Assembly (NCBI GenBank): GCA_963516555.1
Contig: CAUQCU010000001.1
Span: forward strand, 1 to 52,823
Length of the DNA stretch: 52,823 nucleotides
Direction: 5' to 3'
From: Campylobacter concisus
GTDB lineage: Bacteria; Campylobacterota; Campylobacteria; Campylobacterales; Campylobacteraceae
Both the position numbers and the translations under genes were made by a program. A model generated the notes under the pieces. That model was not told the origin of the DNA. It was given only the letters and a program-made list of their open reading frames with translations, and ran no database searches. Of this stretch, positions 29,243 through 39,235 are shown one piece after another. The first letter of the stretch is position 1, and each line of letters starts with the position of its first letter.

Positions 29243-30363
29243 AAAAAGCCCTTATTCACGACTGGTTTAGCACCTATGCGGGCGCGGAGAAATGCATCGA
29301 GAGTTTTACCAATATCTGGGATGATTTTGAAATTTACAGTCTCATCGACTTTTTAAGCGATGCCGACAGAGATAAAATTTTAAAAGGCAAGTGCGCCCAC
29401 ACGAGCTTTATTCAGAAGCTGCCCTTCGCGAAGGATAAATACCGCAACTACCTGCCGCTATTCCCGCTTGCGATCGAGCAGTTTGATCTAAGTGGCTATG
29501 ATGTGGTGCTATCGAGCTCACATGCCGTTGCAAAAGGGGTGCTTACGCACTCAAATCAACTTCATATCTCATATATGCATACACCAATACGCTATGCCTG
29601 GGATTTGTATCATCAGTATTTGTATGAAAGTGGTTTAAATCATGGCCTTAAAGGTATTTTGGCGAAGTATTTTCTACATAAAATTCGCCTTTGGGATGTC
29701 AGTACGGCAAACCGTGTTGATCACTATATAGCAAATAGTCACTACATCGCGCGTCGCATCAAAAAAGCCTATGGTAAATCTAGTGATGTTATCTATCCGC
29801 CTGTTGATATAGATAAATTTGCATTGCGTGAATCCAAAAGTGATTTTTATCTTACTGCTTCGCGTATGGTACCATACAAAAAGATAGACCTTATAGTAGA
29901 AGCATTTTCACAAACTGACAAAAAACTATTGGTAATTGGTGATGGACCAGACATGGGAAAAATCAAGTCAAAAGCCAGTAAAAATATCGAACTTTTGGGT
30001 TTTGCGGATGATAAAACTATGGCAGATCTAATGGGACAAGCTAAAGCCTTTGTTTTTGCTGCTGAAGAGGACTTTGGTATTACGCCTGTAGAGGCTCAAG
30101 CATGTGGCACACCAGTGATATGCTTTGGGCGCGGTGGTGCTCTTGAGACGGTTCGAGAAGGTATAAGTGGGCTATATTTTATGGAGCAAAATATAAGAGA
30201 GTTGCTTGCTACTGTGGATAAATTTGAACAAAGTTATGATAAATTTGAACCTATAAAGATCAGAGAAAATTCTTTAAAATTTTCACGAACACGCTTTGAG
30301 TCTGAAATCAAAAGCTACGTCGAGAAAAAATATGAAGAATTTAAGGAAAGACAAAATGACTAA
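29239..30363 (+). CDS. GT4 glycosyltransferase, WbaZ-like mannosyltransferase
   Basis: IHDW...GAEK, SFIQKLP, SSSHAVAKG, HTPIRYAWD, SRMVPYKK, EDFGITPVEAQACG. Confidence 0.9.
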   Translation: MKKALIHDWFSTYAGAEKCIESFTNIWDDFEIYSLIDFLSDADRDKILKGKCAHTSFIQKLPFAKDKYRNYLPLFPLAIEQFDLSGYDVVLSSSHAVAKGVLTHSNQLHISYMHTPIRYAWDLYHQYLYESGLNHGLKGILAKYFLHKIRLWDVSTANRVDHYIANSHYIARRIKKAYGKSSDVIYPPVDIDKFALRESKSDFYLTASRMVPYKKIDLIVEAFSQTDKKLLVIGDGPDMGKIKSKASKNIELLGFADDKTMADLMGQAKAFVFAAEEDFGITPVEAQACGTPVICFGRGGALETVREGISGLYFMEQNIRELLATVDKFEQSYDKFEPIKIRENSLKFSRTRFESEIKSYVEKKYEEFKERQND

Positions 30364-31726
30364 TATAATCCTAAGTGGTGGCAGTGGAACGAGGTTGTGG
30401 CCTATTAGTCGCACACTTATGCCAAAACAATTTGCCAATCTTTTTAATAGCCATTCTCTTTTTATGATGTGCTACGAAAGAAATTCTTCTTTGTGTGAAA
30501 AAACACTTGTTGTTTCAAATGAACAACAATATTTTTTAGCACTTGATCAGCTTGAATCTGTAAATGCACGTAACGTAAAATTTTTACTTGAGCCAATTGG
30601 CAGAAACACTGCTCCTGCGATTGCGCTTGCATGTTTAAGTTTAGAATATGATGAGATAGTTTTTGTAACGCCAAGCGATCATCTTATTAGGGATGAAGTT
30701 GCATATAAAAATAGTATTCTACGTGCACAAGAATACGCAGAACTTGGGTTTTTAGTGACATTTGGCATTCAACCAAAAGATGCAAATACAGGATATGGAT
30801 ATATCGAAGCAAATGGTGAAGATGTGCTAAGGTTTCATGAAAAACCAGATCTTGCAACAGCACAAAGTTATGTAGAGGCTGGAAATTTTTACTGGAACAG
30901 TGGTATGTTTATGTTTAAGGCCGGGGTATTTTTAAATGAGCTAAAGGAGCAAAGTCCTGAAATTTATGATACATGCGTTCGTGCGCTTGAAAATTCTAAC
31001 GCGGAAAATCCGATTAGAATTAAACTAGGCAATATGCAAGAGATTCCAGCAGATAGCATCGATTACGCAGTTATGGAGCGCACGAGCCTTGCCAAAGTCG
31101 TGCAAGTAGATATAGGTTGGAGTGATTTGGGAAGTTTTGACAGTCTTGATAATGAGCTACCTAAAGATACGAATGGTAATACTATAAATGAGAAAAATAT
31201 ATCTCTAAATTCTAAAAATAATCTAATTATTAATTCCGACCGCATAATAGCTACTATAGATGTAGATGACCTTAATATTGTAGATACTAAAGATGCTTTA
31301 CTTATATGTAAGAAAGGCTCTAGTCAAAAGGTAAAACAGGTTGTAGAACTACTTAAAGATAATGATCTGATACACTCTCATGTAACCACACATCGTCCTT
31401 GGGGCACTTATACAGTACTTGAGGATGAAAGCGGCTATAAGATTAAGCGCATAGTTGTTAAACCCGGCAAACGATTGTCATTGCAAAAACACTATCATCG
31501 TAATGAGCATTGGATTGTCGTAAGTGGAACTGCTACTGTAACTATTGGAGAGCGAAATTTTTTGCTACGTGAGAATGAATCAACCTTTATTAAAAGGGGT
31601 GAAATTCATCGTCTTGAAAATGAAGGCAAAATTCCAGTCGTCTTGATAGAAGCTCAAGTAGGCAGTTATACTGGCGAAGATGACATTGTTAGAATTGAAG
31701 ATGATTTTAGTAGAGAAGGCATATGA
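30356..31726 (+). CDS. manC: Mannose-1-phosphate guanylyltransferase / mannose-6-phosphate isomerase
   Basis: Start revised to ATG 30356 (AAGGA RBS). ILSGGSGTRLWP, EPIGRNTAPA, WNSGMF, SIDYAVME, RPWG, SLQKHYHRNEHW. Confidence 0.96.
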   Translation: MTNIILSGGSGTRLWPISRTLMPKQFANLFNSHSLFMMCYERNSSLCEKTLVVSNEQQYFLALDQLESVNARNVKFLLEPIGRNTAPAIALACLSLEYDEIVFVTPSDHLIRDEVAYKNSILRAQEYAELGFLVTFGIQPKDANTGYGYIEANGEDVLRFHEKPDLATAQSYVEAGNFYWNSGMFMFKAGVFLNELKEQSPEIYDTCVRALENSNAENPIRIKLGNMQEIPADSIDYAVMERTSLAKVVQVDIGWSDLGSFDSLDNELPKDTNGNTINEKNISLNSKNNLIINSDRIIATIDVDDLNIVDTKDALLICKKGSSQKVKQVVELLKDNDLIHSHVTTHRPWGTYTVLEDESGYKIKRIVVKPGKRLSLQKHYHRNEHWIVVSGTATVTIGERNFLLRENESTFIKRGEIHRLENEGKIPVVLIEAQVGSYTGEDDIVRIEDDFSREGI

Positions 31727-33033
31727 AACAAAAAATAAGTATTTTTATAATTTTGGCAATTGATGTTTTTGGTATTTGGTTAAGTTTTGGAATAGCTATA
31801 ATTTTTAAGAATCTGTTGTATGGTGATTATATATTGTTAGATATAGGTAGATATCAAGGATTAATATCTTCATATTTAATAATGGTATTTTTGCTATTCT
31901 ATCAAGGGGCTTATACTAGAAGATATGACTTTTGGCATGAGAGTAGAATACTCGCGAAAAGTTGTTTTTTTACATTTTTGTTAAGTTTTGCATTTCTTGC
32001 GTCCATAAAAATAAATTATGATTTTTCACGTATAAGTTTATTTTTTAGTTTTACGATAATGACTGCTATTTTACCTATTTTAAAGTTAGTTACCAAAGAA
32101 ATACTATATCGATTGGGTATATGGCAAAAAAAAGCCAAAATCATAGGGGAGAATAATGACTTTGAGTTGCAAATTTTTTCAAATCATTACTTGGGATATA
32201 TCAAAACAAATGATGAAAGCTATAAATCACTTTTTATAGGAGAAGTTGGCATAGATGCATCTAACTTAAATAGATTGATTGAACAAAACATAAAAGAAAA
32301 TAAAGAAATAATGTTTTTGCCAATTCTTCAGGGATATGATTTTACACAAGCTCACATTTATAATATATTTAATTCTAGAATTAGTCTTATTGCGTTACAA
32401 AATTCGCTTCAAAATAGATTTAGAACTACATTAAAAAGAGGTTTAGATATATTTTTGATAATACTAATACTTCCATTATTTCTTGTTATTTGCTTGGTTG
32501 TTACTTTGGCAATAAAGATTCAAGAACCGAATGGAAGAGTATTTTTTTCACATAAAAGAATAGGCTTTAGAGGAAAGTTTTTTGATTGTCTAAAATTTAG
32601 ATCAATGAAAGAAAATAGCGATGAAATTTTGAAACAATATCTTAAAGATAATCCACAAGAAGCTTTATATTTTAGGAAATATCATAAATACAGAAGAGAT
32701 CCTAGAATCACAAAGGTTGGAAATTTTATTAGAAAAACATCTATTGATGAACTTCCTCAGCTTATTAATGTTTTGAAGGGTGATATGAGCATAGTTGGAC
32801 CTCGTCCTTATGCCGAGTATGAGCGTAAAGATATGGGTGAGTTTGCCGATCTTATACTGGCTGTTAAACCAGGCATTACAGGGATTTGGCAAGTGAGTGG
32901 TCGAAGTGATGTTGATTTTGCAACTCGTGCCAGAATGGATGTATGGTATATGAAGAACTGGTCTATTTGGTATGACATAGTTATAATTATTAAAACATTT
33001 GGAGTAGTTTTGTCTCGCAAAGGTGCAAGCTAA
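31723..33033 (+). CDS. wbaP: Initiating undecaprenyl-phosphate hexose-1-phosphate transferase (WbaP family)
   Basis: Four N-terminal TMs, KRGLD, KFRSM, DPRITKVGNFIRKTSIDELPQL, GDMSIVGPRP, PGITGIWQVSGRS. Confidence 0.88.
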   Translation: MKQKISIFIILAIDVFGIWLSFGIAIIFKNLLYGDYILLDIGRYQGLISSYLIMVFLLFYQGAYTRRYDFWHESRILAKSCFFTFLLSFAFLASIKINYDFSRISLFFSFTIMTAILPILKLVTKEILYRLGIWQKKAKIIGENNDFELQIFSNHYLGYIKTNDESYKSLFIGEVGIDASNLNRLIEQNIKENKEIMFLPILQGYDFTQAHIYNIFNSRISLIALQNSLQNRFRTTLKRGLDIFLIILILPLFLVICLVVTLAIKIQEPNGRVFFSHKRIGFRGKFFDCLKFRSMKENSDEILKQYLKDNPQEALYFRKYHKYRRDPRITKVGNFIRKTSIDELPQLINVLKGDMSIVGPRPYAEYERKDMGEFADLILAVKPGITGIWQVSGRSDVDFATRARMDVWYMKNWSIWYDIVIIIKTFGVVLSRKGAS

Positions 33034-33048
33034 TAATTATTTTTATAT

Positions 33049-33085
33049 TAAATTTAATGGCGTAAAGATTACGCCATTAAATTTA
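33049..33085. terminator. Bidirectional terminator between wbaP and the convergent cjaA-like gene
   Basis: TAAATTTAATGGCGTAA-aga-TTACGCCATTAAATTTA, a 17-bp perfect stem. Confidence 0.85.
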
Positions 33086-33940
33086 GAGTTTGCCGCCTTC
33101 GACGACTAGAGATTCGGGATTTACGCTATCGCCATATATTGGTTTTAGTGTTGCGTCATAGTCTTTATGGAAGAAATTTTCTTTTCCAAGCTCGATGATC
33201 TCGTTATTTAACCAATCAAGCAAGGCTTTGTTGCCCTTTTTGACAGCTGGAGCTATCACATCCACATCGCCAAGCGCTTCAACGCCTACGACAAAGCCAG
33301 GAGTCTCTTTCGCCCAGGCAAAAAGTAGGGCGTTATCATGTGCTAGAGCTGCACCCCTTTTATCAACCAAAGCTGCGAAAGTTTCGGTGTTTTGATCATA
33401 CTTTAAAAGCTTGATATCAGGATAATTTTTTGTAAAAAATGCGTCCGCTGTTGTGCCTTTATTGACGATTAGTGTTTTATCTTTTAGCTCATCAACGCTC
33501 TTTATCACAGCGCCCTCAGGGCTAACGATGCCAAGTGAGACCTTCATATATGGAAGCGCAAAATCAACAACTTGCGCGCGCTCAGGGGTCTTCGTGAAAT
33601 TTGCAAGCGTGATATCGACCTTGTCAGCTGTGAGCACTTCGACCCTGCCAGCAGCCTCGACTAGCTCAAATTTAACCTTGCTCTCATCGCCAAGCAAGTC
33701 TTTTGCGATGCGTTTTGCAAAGTAGATGTCATAGCCTTGGTTTTTGCCGTCTTTATCGACGTAGCCAAATGGCGGTTTGTCGCTAAAAACGCCTATCCTT
33801 ATATATCCACGCTCTTTGATCTTTGCGATCGTATCAGCTTGGTTTGAAGCGGCTGCTTTGTCCGCACCTTTGTCATCACCACAACCCGTTAGAAAGACGG
33901 TAGCGACTAATGCTAATAAGAAAAATTTAAATTTTCTCAC
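33083..33940 (-). CDS. cjaA: Cysteine/amino-acid ABC transporter substrate-binding lipoprotein
   Basis: Lipobox FLTGC, IGVFSDKPPFGYVD, ANFTKTPERA, KGTTAD, HDNALL. Confidence 0.85.
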   Translation of the reverse strand: MRKFKFFLLALVATVFLTGCGDDKGADKAAASNQADTIAKIKERGYIRIGVFSDKPPFGYVDKDGKNQGYDIYFAKRIAKDLLGDESKVKFELVEAAGRVEVLTADKVDITLANFTKTPERAQVVDFALPYMKVSLGIVSPEGAVIKSVDELKDKTLIVNKGTTADAFFTKNYPDIKLLKYDQNTETFAALVDKRGAALAHDNALLFAWAKETPGFVVGVEALGDVDVIAPAVKKGNKALLDWLNNEIIELGKENFFHKDYDATLKPIYGDSVNPESLVVEGGKL

Positions 33941-34031
33941 TCTTTCTCCTTTGAAAAATTTAGTAAATAAGAGCGACCAAATCTCGCTCTAAACGCATTT
34001 TGATAAACAGGCAAATTATCTCTTATTTTTT

Positions 34032-34769
34032 CTAAAATGAGAATAAATTTAGAAATTTCTTCGCTCGCTCGCTCTTTGGATTAGTAAAAAACTCCTCTGG
34101 CTCGCTGATCTCCACGATCGCTCCAGCGTCCATAAATACGATCTTATTTGCAACCGCTCTTGCAAAGCTCATCTCGTGGGTGACTATTAGCATCGTCATG
34201 CCGTCTTTGGCTAAATTTAGTATCACATCAAGCACTTCTCTAACGATCTCTGGATCAAGCGCAGCCGTAACCTCGTCAAATAGCATGATCTCAGGGTTCA
34301 AGCAAAGGCTTCTAACTATTGCTATGCGCTGCTTTTGACCGCCGCTTAGCTCCTTTGGATAGGCAAATTTCTTATCAAGTAGCCCAACCTTGCTTAGCCA
34401 CATATCAGCGGTCTTTTCAGCCTCAGCTCTATCTCTTTTTTGCACCTTTAAAGGTCCAAGAAGGACGTTATCTATGACGTTCATGTGATCAAATAGCTCG
34501 TAGCTTTGAAAGACCATGCCGACCTTTTGGCGGATCCTTTGCCACTCTTTAAATTTAGCATCTATCACTTCGCCGTCTATGACGATCTCGCCGCTTGCTA
34601 TGCTCTCAAGGCCGTTTATGCATCTAAGTGTTGTGCTCTTGCCACAGCCTGATGGTCCAAGAAGCACGACTACTTCGCCACTTTTAACATCTAAATTTAT
34701 ATCCTTTAAGGCGTGAAGCTCTCCATAAAATTTATTTAAATTTTTAAGTTCTAAGATATTTTCGCTCAT
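34032..34769 (-). CDS. Polar amino-acid ABC transporter ATP-binding protein
   Basis: GPSGCGKST, LSGGQKQR, FDEVTAALDPE, VTHEM. Confidence 0.96.
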   Translation of the reverse strand: MSENILELKNLNKFYGELHALKDINLDVKSGEVVVLLGPSGCGKSTTLRCINGLESIASGEIVIDGEVIDAKFKEWQRIRQKVGMVFQSYELFDHMNVIDNVLLGPLKVQKRDRAEAEKTADMWLSKVGLLDKKFAYPKELSGGQKQRIAIVRSLCLNPEIMLFDEVTAALDPEIVREVLDVILNLAKDGMTMLIVTHEMSFARAVANKIVFMDAGAIVEISEPEEFFTNPKSERAKKFLNLFSF

Positions 34770-34770
34770 T

Positions 34771-35439
34771 TTAGCTCCATTTTTCTTCTAGTTTTTTCGA
34801 TAGTTTTGAGACTGGATAGCAGATCGCAAAATATAAAAAGAATATAAGCGTGTATATCCAAAATGGCGCCATAGGATTTGTAAATACATTTCGCTCGATG
34901 ATCTGCTGACCGACTTTGACCACCTCTACAACGCCGATTAGCACGACGATAGAGGTCGTTTTTATCATACGGCTTAGTAAATTTACAGCTCCAGGCACCA
35001 GCCTTCTAGTAGCAAGCGGGATGATGACGTAAAAGTAAATTTGAAATTTGCTAAGTCCTAGTGAGGCGGCTGACTCAAACTGGTGCTTTGGTATCGAGGT
35101 GATCGCTCCTCGCACGATATCCATCATCTCAAAAACACCCCAAAGGCTAAAGACGATGAGCGAGGCGGTAAATGCCGAGATATGCAGTCCAAAAGCCTTG
35201 CTAACGCCAAAGTAAAATAAAAATAGCCAGACGATCTGAGGCATGATACGAACGATCTCGAGGCAAATTTTTAAAATAAGATAGATAAATTTGTTTTTCA
35301 TGCTCATCAAAACGCCAAGTATGAGGCCACCGATGACGGAGATGATGATAGAGATGAGCGAAATTTCAGTGCTTACTACAAGACCTTCAAGCAGTCTTAG
35401 TAAATTTTGCATGTCAAATAATATACTAACTCCTTGCAT
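34771..35439 (-). CDS. Amino-acid ABC transporter permease
   Basis: RGAITSIPKHQFESAASLGLS loop and IKTTS. Confidence 0.93.
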   Translation of the reverse strand: MQGVSILFDMQNLLRLLEGLVVSTEISLISIIISVIGGLILGVLMSMKNKFIYLILKICLEIVRIMPQIVWLFLFYFGVSKAFGLHISAFTASLIVFSLWGVFEMMDIVRGAITSIPKHQFESAASLGLSKFQIYFYVIIPLATRRLVPGAVNLLSRMIKTTSIVVLIGVVEVVKVGQQIIERNVFTNPMAPFWIYTLIFFLYFAICYPVSKLSKKLEEKWS

Positions 35440-36079
35440 TTCTCACCCTTTTTTCGACGTAGCTAAGCGCCAGCGAGACTGGCAAGATGATGACAAGATA
35501 GCTAATAACCAGCATAAAAAGCGCCTCATCTGTTTTGTAATAAAGCCCAATGAGATCCTTTGCTACGTAAACTAGATCAGCAAGGGCTACGATACTAACG
35601 ATACTTGTTTCTTTTAGTAAAAATATGACGTTTGCGCTGATGCTTGGCAGTGCCACGCTAAAGGCTTGTGGCAAGATGACATATCTTAGGAGCTGGTTTT
35701 TGCTAAGTGCGATGCTAAGTCCTGCTTCTATCTGTGACCTTCTAACCGCCTCAAAGCCAAGTCTAAAGCTCTCGCTCATATAGCTGCCACCAAGAAAACT
35801 AAGCCCCACGACCGCACAGGTAAAGCCACTCATCGACACTCCAAGCTTTGGCAAGCCGTAGTATAAAAAGAATAGCTGGATAAGAAGCGGTGTGTTTCTT
35901 GAAAGCTCAACGTAGCAATCAACTAGTTTTGAGAGAAATTTTAGCTTGTAAAATTTCACAGCCATGCAAAAAATGCCTATCAAAATAGAAAAAACGATCC
36001 CCAAAAAGGCGATCTGACAGGTGAGAATCCCAGCCTTTACAAAAAGGGGGTAAAATTTCTCAATAAACTCAAAATCCAT
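35426..36079 (-). CDS. Amino-acid ABC transporter permease
   Basis: RNTPLLIQLFFLYYGLP, QIEAGLSIAL, LKETS. Confidence 0.93.
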   Translation of the reverse strand: MDFEFIEKFYPLFVKAGILTCQIAFLGIVFSILIGIFCMAVKFYKLKFLSKLVDCYVELSRNTPLLIQLFFLYYGLPKLGVSMSGFTCAVVGLSFLGGSYMSESFRLGFEAVRRSQIEAGLSIALSKNQLLRYVILPQAFSVALPSISANVIFLLKETSIVSIVALADLVYVAKDLIGLYYKTDEALFMLVISYLVIILPVSLALSYVEKRVRNARS

Positions 36080-36188
36080 AAACTTTAATCCAATCTGAAA
36101 AATGGAGTTATTTTATCCCATAATCATAAATTTAAAACTAATTAGATATGATCACGCTTTAAATTTAAGCTTACAAAAAGGATAAAAT

Positions 36189-36434
36189 TTGATCGATCTT
36201 TTTCAGATCATCGGCTTTTTAGGGATGATTTGTATCGTGATGGGCTACTTTTTACTTCAGATCGGCCGTCTAAATAGCCGCGATCTAGCCTACCAGATAA
36301 TAAATTTAGCAGGTGCGGTGCTACTTATAATCTCACTTTTTGTGCACTTTAACCTCGGCTCATTTTTGATAGAGGTCTTTTGGATAATCATTACGATTTA
36401 TGGAATTTATAAAATTTACAAGGAGAGAGCGTGA
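36189..36434 (+). CDS. Small three-TM membrane protein (CBU_0592-like)
   Basis: IGFLG...YFLLQ...YQIINLAG...EVFW pattern; AAGGA RBS and TTG start. Confidence 0.75.
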   Translation: MIDLFQIIGFLGMICIVMGYFLLQIGRLNSRDLAYQIINLAGAVLLIISLFVHFNLGSFLIEVFWIIITIYGIYKIYKERA

Positions 36435-37399
36435 GAGCGTATGCAGAGTGGGAAGAGCAGGAGCTTTTGTTTTTATCACTGCCACATAGTAAGAGCGACT
36501 GGGAGCCTTATTTAGAGGAGATTTTGGCGGGTTATGAGGAGCTTGTGGCTGCTGTTACGCCCTATGAAAAGGTGGTGCTCATCTGCCCTGATGAGGCAAA
36601 TTTTACTAGATTTAAGAAATTTAAAAATGTAGAGTTTGTAAAGCTTGAGACTGATGATACTTGGATCAGAGACTACGGCATGATCGACGTTTGCACCAAA
36701 GACGGAGTCAAGAGCTACGACTTTAAATTTAACGCTTGGGGCGGTAAATTTAAGAGCTCAAAAGATGATGCGATAAATTTAGAGCTAGCTAAAATTTATA
36801 AAACTAAGCTTGAGCCTGTTGATATGATACTAGAGGGCGGAAGTATTGAATTTAACGGAGATGGCGTGCTTTTAACCACTTCAAAATGCCTGCTAAATGA
36901 AAATAGAAACAAAGCACTTAGCAAAGAGCAGATCAAAGAAAAATTAAAAAATTTATTTGGCTTAAAGCGTATCATCTGGCTTGAAAATGGCTTTATAAGA
37001 GGCGATGACACAGATAGCCACATCGATACTTTAGCGCGCTTTATCACGCCTGATACGATAGCTTACGCAGCTTGCGATGACAAAAGTGATGAACACTATG
37101 ATGAGCTAAAAAGGATGGAGGATGAGCTTAAAAAAACTGGCTTTAAGCTGCTTGCTCTGCCACTACCAAAACCTAAATTTTATGATGGCAAAAGGCTTGG
37201 CTGCACCTATGCAAACTTCATCTTTATAAATGGCGCTTTGATCGTGCCAACATATAACGACGAAAACGATGAAAAGGTGCTAAATTTACTAGCCCGTGAG
37301 CTGCCAGATAGAAAGATCATCGGTGTAAATTCGCTAGTTTTTGTCCGTCAAAATGGCTCGCTTCACTGCTCAAGCCAAAATAGATACAAAAGGTCTTAG
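36431..37399 (+). CDS. aguA: Agmatine deiminase
   Basis: AEWE, DTWIRDYG, FNAWGGK, LEGGSI, DDTDSHID, YANF, GSLHC. Confidence 0.92.
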   Translation: MRAYAEWEEQELLFLSLPHSKSDWEPYLEEILAGYEELVAAVTPYEKVVLICPDEANFTRFKKFKNVEFVKLETDDTWIRDYGMIDVCTKDGVKSYDFKFNAWGGKFKSSKDDAINLELAKIYKTKLEPVDMILEGGSIEFNGDGVLLTTSKCLLNENRNKALSKEQIKEKLKNLFGLKRIIWLENGFIRGDDTDSHIDTLARFITPDTIAYAACDDKSDEHYDELKRMEDELKKTGFKLLALPLPKPKFYDGKRLGCTYANFIFINGALIVPTYNDENDEKVLNLLARELPDRKIIGVNSLVFVRQNGSLHCSSQNRYKRS

Positions 37400-37401
37400 C
37401 C

Positions 37402-38328
37402 TTGTCAAGTCCGTTTGATTATGAGTTTAACAGCATAAATAAGCAAGAGTGCACGCAAGGCGAAAATAAAGCTGTCATCGCAGCGGGAGCTTGCGCCTTT
37501 TTGCTCGCACTTGTGAAATTTGCAGCTGGGCTTTTTAGCGGCTCGGTCGCTGTGCTTGGCTCGGCGATTGATTCAATGCTTGATTTTATTGTGTCGCTTT
37601 TAAATTTATTTGCGCTTAGAAAGTCAAGAAAGCAAGCTGATGAGAAATTTAACTTTGGCTACACAAAGCTAGAGGCGTTAGCAGCGCTATTTGAGTGCGT
37701 TATTATCGTATTAGCGGCAGGTTTTATATTTTATGAGAGCGTTAAGAAATTTAGCGAGCCAAATTTAGAGATAGACCTTGGCTTAAGCCTTGGTGTGATG
37801 GTGTTTTCAGTCGTAGTGACGCTAGCTTTGGTGCTATTTTTAAACCAAATTTCTAAAAAAAGTGGCAACCTTATCATAAAAGCAGACGCGCTGCACTATA
37901 AGATCGACCTTTTTAGCAACCTAGCAGTCATCATCTCGCTGCTTATCATTAAATTTAGCGGATTTGTGATGATAGATGCGATCTTTGGTATCGTGATAAG
38001 TGGCTACATCGCTCAAAGCGCCATAAGCCTTGGCAAAGACGCCCTTGGTGTCTTGCTAGATCACGCAGCAAGCCCTGAGGTCACAGCTGAGATCATCAAG
38101 ATGATAAAGGCAAAGCAGAGGATTTCAGACTTTCACTATCTAAACACAAGGCAGAGCGCAAATACTATATTTTTAACGCTGCATTTAGTTTTTGACAAAG
38201 ATATCTCGCTTTACGACGCGCACGAGGTGGCCGAATCGCTTGAAGCTGAGATAAGAGAGAAATTTAAGGAATTTTCGTGGCAGATAACCACGCATTTAGA
38301 CCCATACAACGACAAAGAAGGGAGATGA
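37402..38328 (+). CDS. Cation diffusion facilitator (FieF-like)
   Basis: SAIDSMLD, FGYTKLE, ADALHYKID, AHEVAE, THLDP. Confidence 0.93.
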   Translation: MSSPFDYEFNSINKQECTQGENKAVIAAGACAFLLALVKFAAGLFSGSVAVLGSAIDSMLDFIVSLLNLFALRKSRKQADEKFNFGYTKLEALAALFECVIIVLAAGFIFYESVKKFSEPNLEIDLGLSLGVMVFSVVVTLALVLFLNQISKKSGNLIIKADALHYKIDLFSNLAVIISLLIIKFSGFVMIDAIFGIVISGYIAQSAISLGKDALGVLLDHAASPEVTAEIIKMIKAKQRISDFHYLNTRQSANTIFLTLHLVFDKDISLYDAHEVAESLEAEIREKFKEFSWQITTHLDPYNDKEGR

Positions 38329-38329
38329 G

Positions 38330-39202
38330 ATGAAAGTAGCACTACTTCAACAAGAATTTAAAGGGACAAAAGAGGCGACCATCGCAAAGACACTTGAGCT
38401 AATTGCCGAGGCAAAAAAAGGTGGCGCTGATCTCGTGGTCTGTCAAGAGCTACACCAGACGCAATACTTTTGCCAAAGTGAGGATACAAATTTCTTTGAT
38501 CACGCAAACGAGTGGCAAGAGGATGTCACTTTTTGGGGCAGGGTAGCAAAAGAAAACGGCGTAGTTTTGGTCACTTCGCTCTTTGAAAAGAGGGCTGACG
38601 GACTTTATCACAACACCGCCTTTGTCTTCGAGCGTGACGGCAGTGTGGCTGGCAAATACCGAAAAATGCACATCCCTGATGACCCTGGATTTTACGAGAA
38701 ATTTTACTTTACACCTGGCGATATTGGCTTTGAGCCTATTGAAACCAGCCTTGGCAAGCTTGGCGTTTTGGTCTGTTGGGATCAGTGGTATCCAGAGGCA
38801 GCAAGGCTAATGGCGTTAAAAGGGGCGAAAATTCTCATCTATCCAACGGCCATTGGCTGGTTTGAGGGCGATAGTGATGATGAAAAGTCAAGACAGCTTG
38901 AAGCGTGGGTGGCAGTGCAAAGAGGTCACAGCGTGGCAAATGGCCTGCCAGTGGTCGCAGTAAATCGTGTGGGCTTTGAAAAAGATGATAGTGGCGTGAT
39001 GGATGGGATAAAATTTTGGGGAAATAGTTTTGTTTTTGGGCCACAAGGCGAGCAGTTATTTCGCGCAGATAGCCATAGCGAGCAGTGCAAGATCGTTGAG
39101 ATAGATATGAAAAGAAGCGAAGAAGTACGTAGAATTTGGCCATTTTTACGTGACCGCAGGATCGATGCCTACGCAAATATCACAAAGAGGTTTATCGACT
39201 AA
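38330..39202 (+). CDS. aguB: Carbon-nitrogen hydrolase, N-carbamoylputrescine amidohydrolase
   Basis: QEL, YRKMHIPDDPGFYEKFYF, VCWDQWYPE, PTAIG, RDRR; in the same unit as aguA. Confidence 0.88.
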   Translation: MKVALLQQEFKGTKEATIAKTLELIAEAKKGGADLVVCQELHQTQYFCQSEDTNFFDHANEWQEDVTFWGRVAKENGVVLVTSLFEKRADGLYHNTAFVFERDGSVAGKYRKMHIPDDPGFYEKFYFTPGDIGFEPIETSLGKLGVLVCWDQWYPEAARLMALKGAKILIYPTAIGWFEGDSDDEKSRQLEAWVAVQRGHSVANGLPVVAVNRVGFEKDDSGVMDGIKFWGNSFVFGPQGEQLFRADSHSEQCKIVEIDMKRSEEVRRIWPFLRDRRIDAYANITKRFID

Positions 39203-39235
39203 ATTTAGAGCTAGAATTTCTAGCTCTAAATTTAG
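39199..39235. terminator. 37-bp palindrome after aguB, probable terminator
   Basis: CTAAATTTAGAGCTAGAA-t-TTCTAGCTCTAAATTTAG. Confidence 0.75.

Noticed and set aside
36431..39202. Metal exporter placed between aguA and aguB as a novel association
   Set aside because: As I recall, the same order occurs in C. jejuni, so it is probably ordinary conserved synteny.
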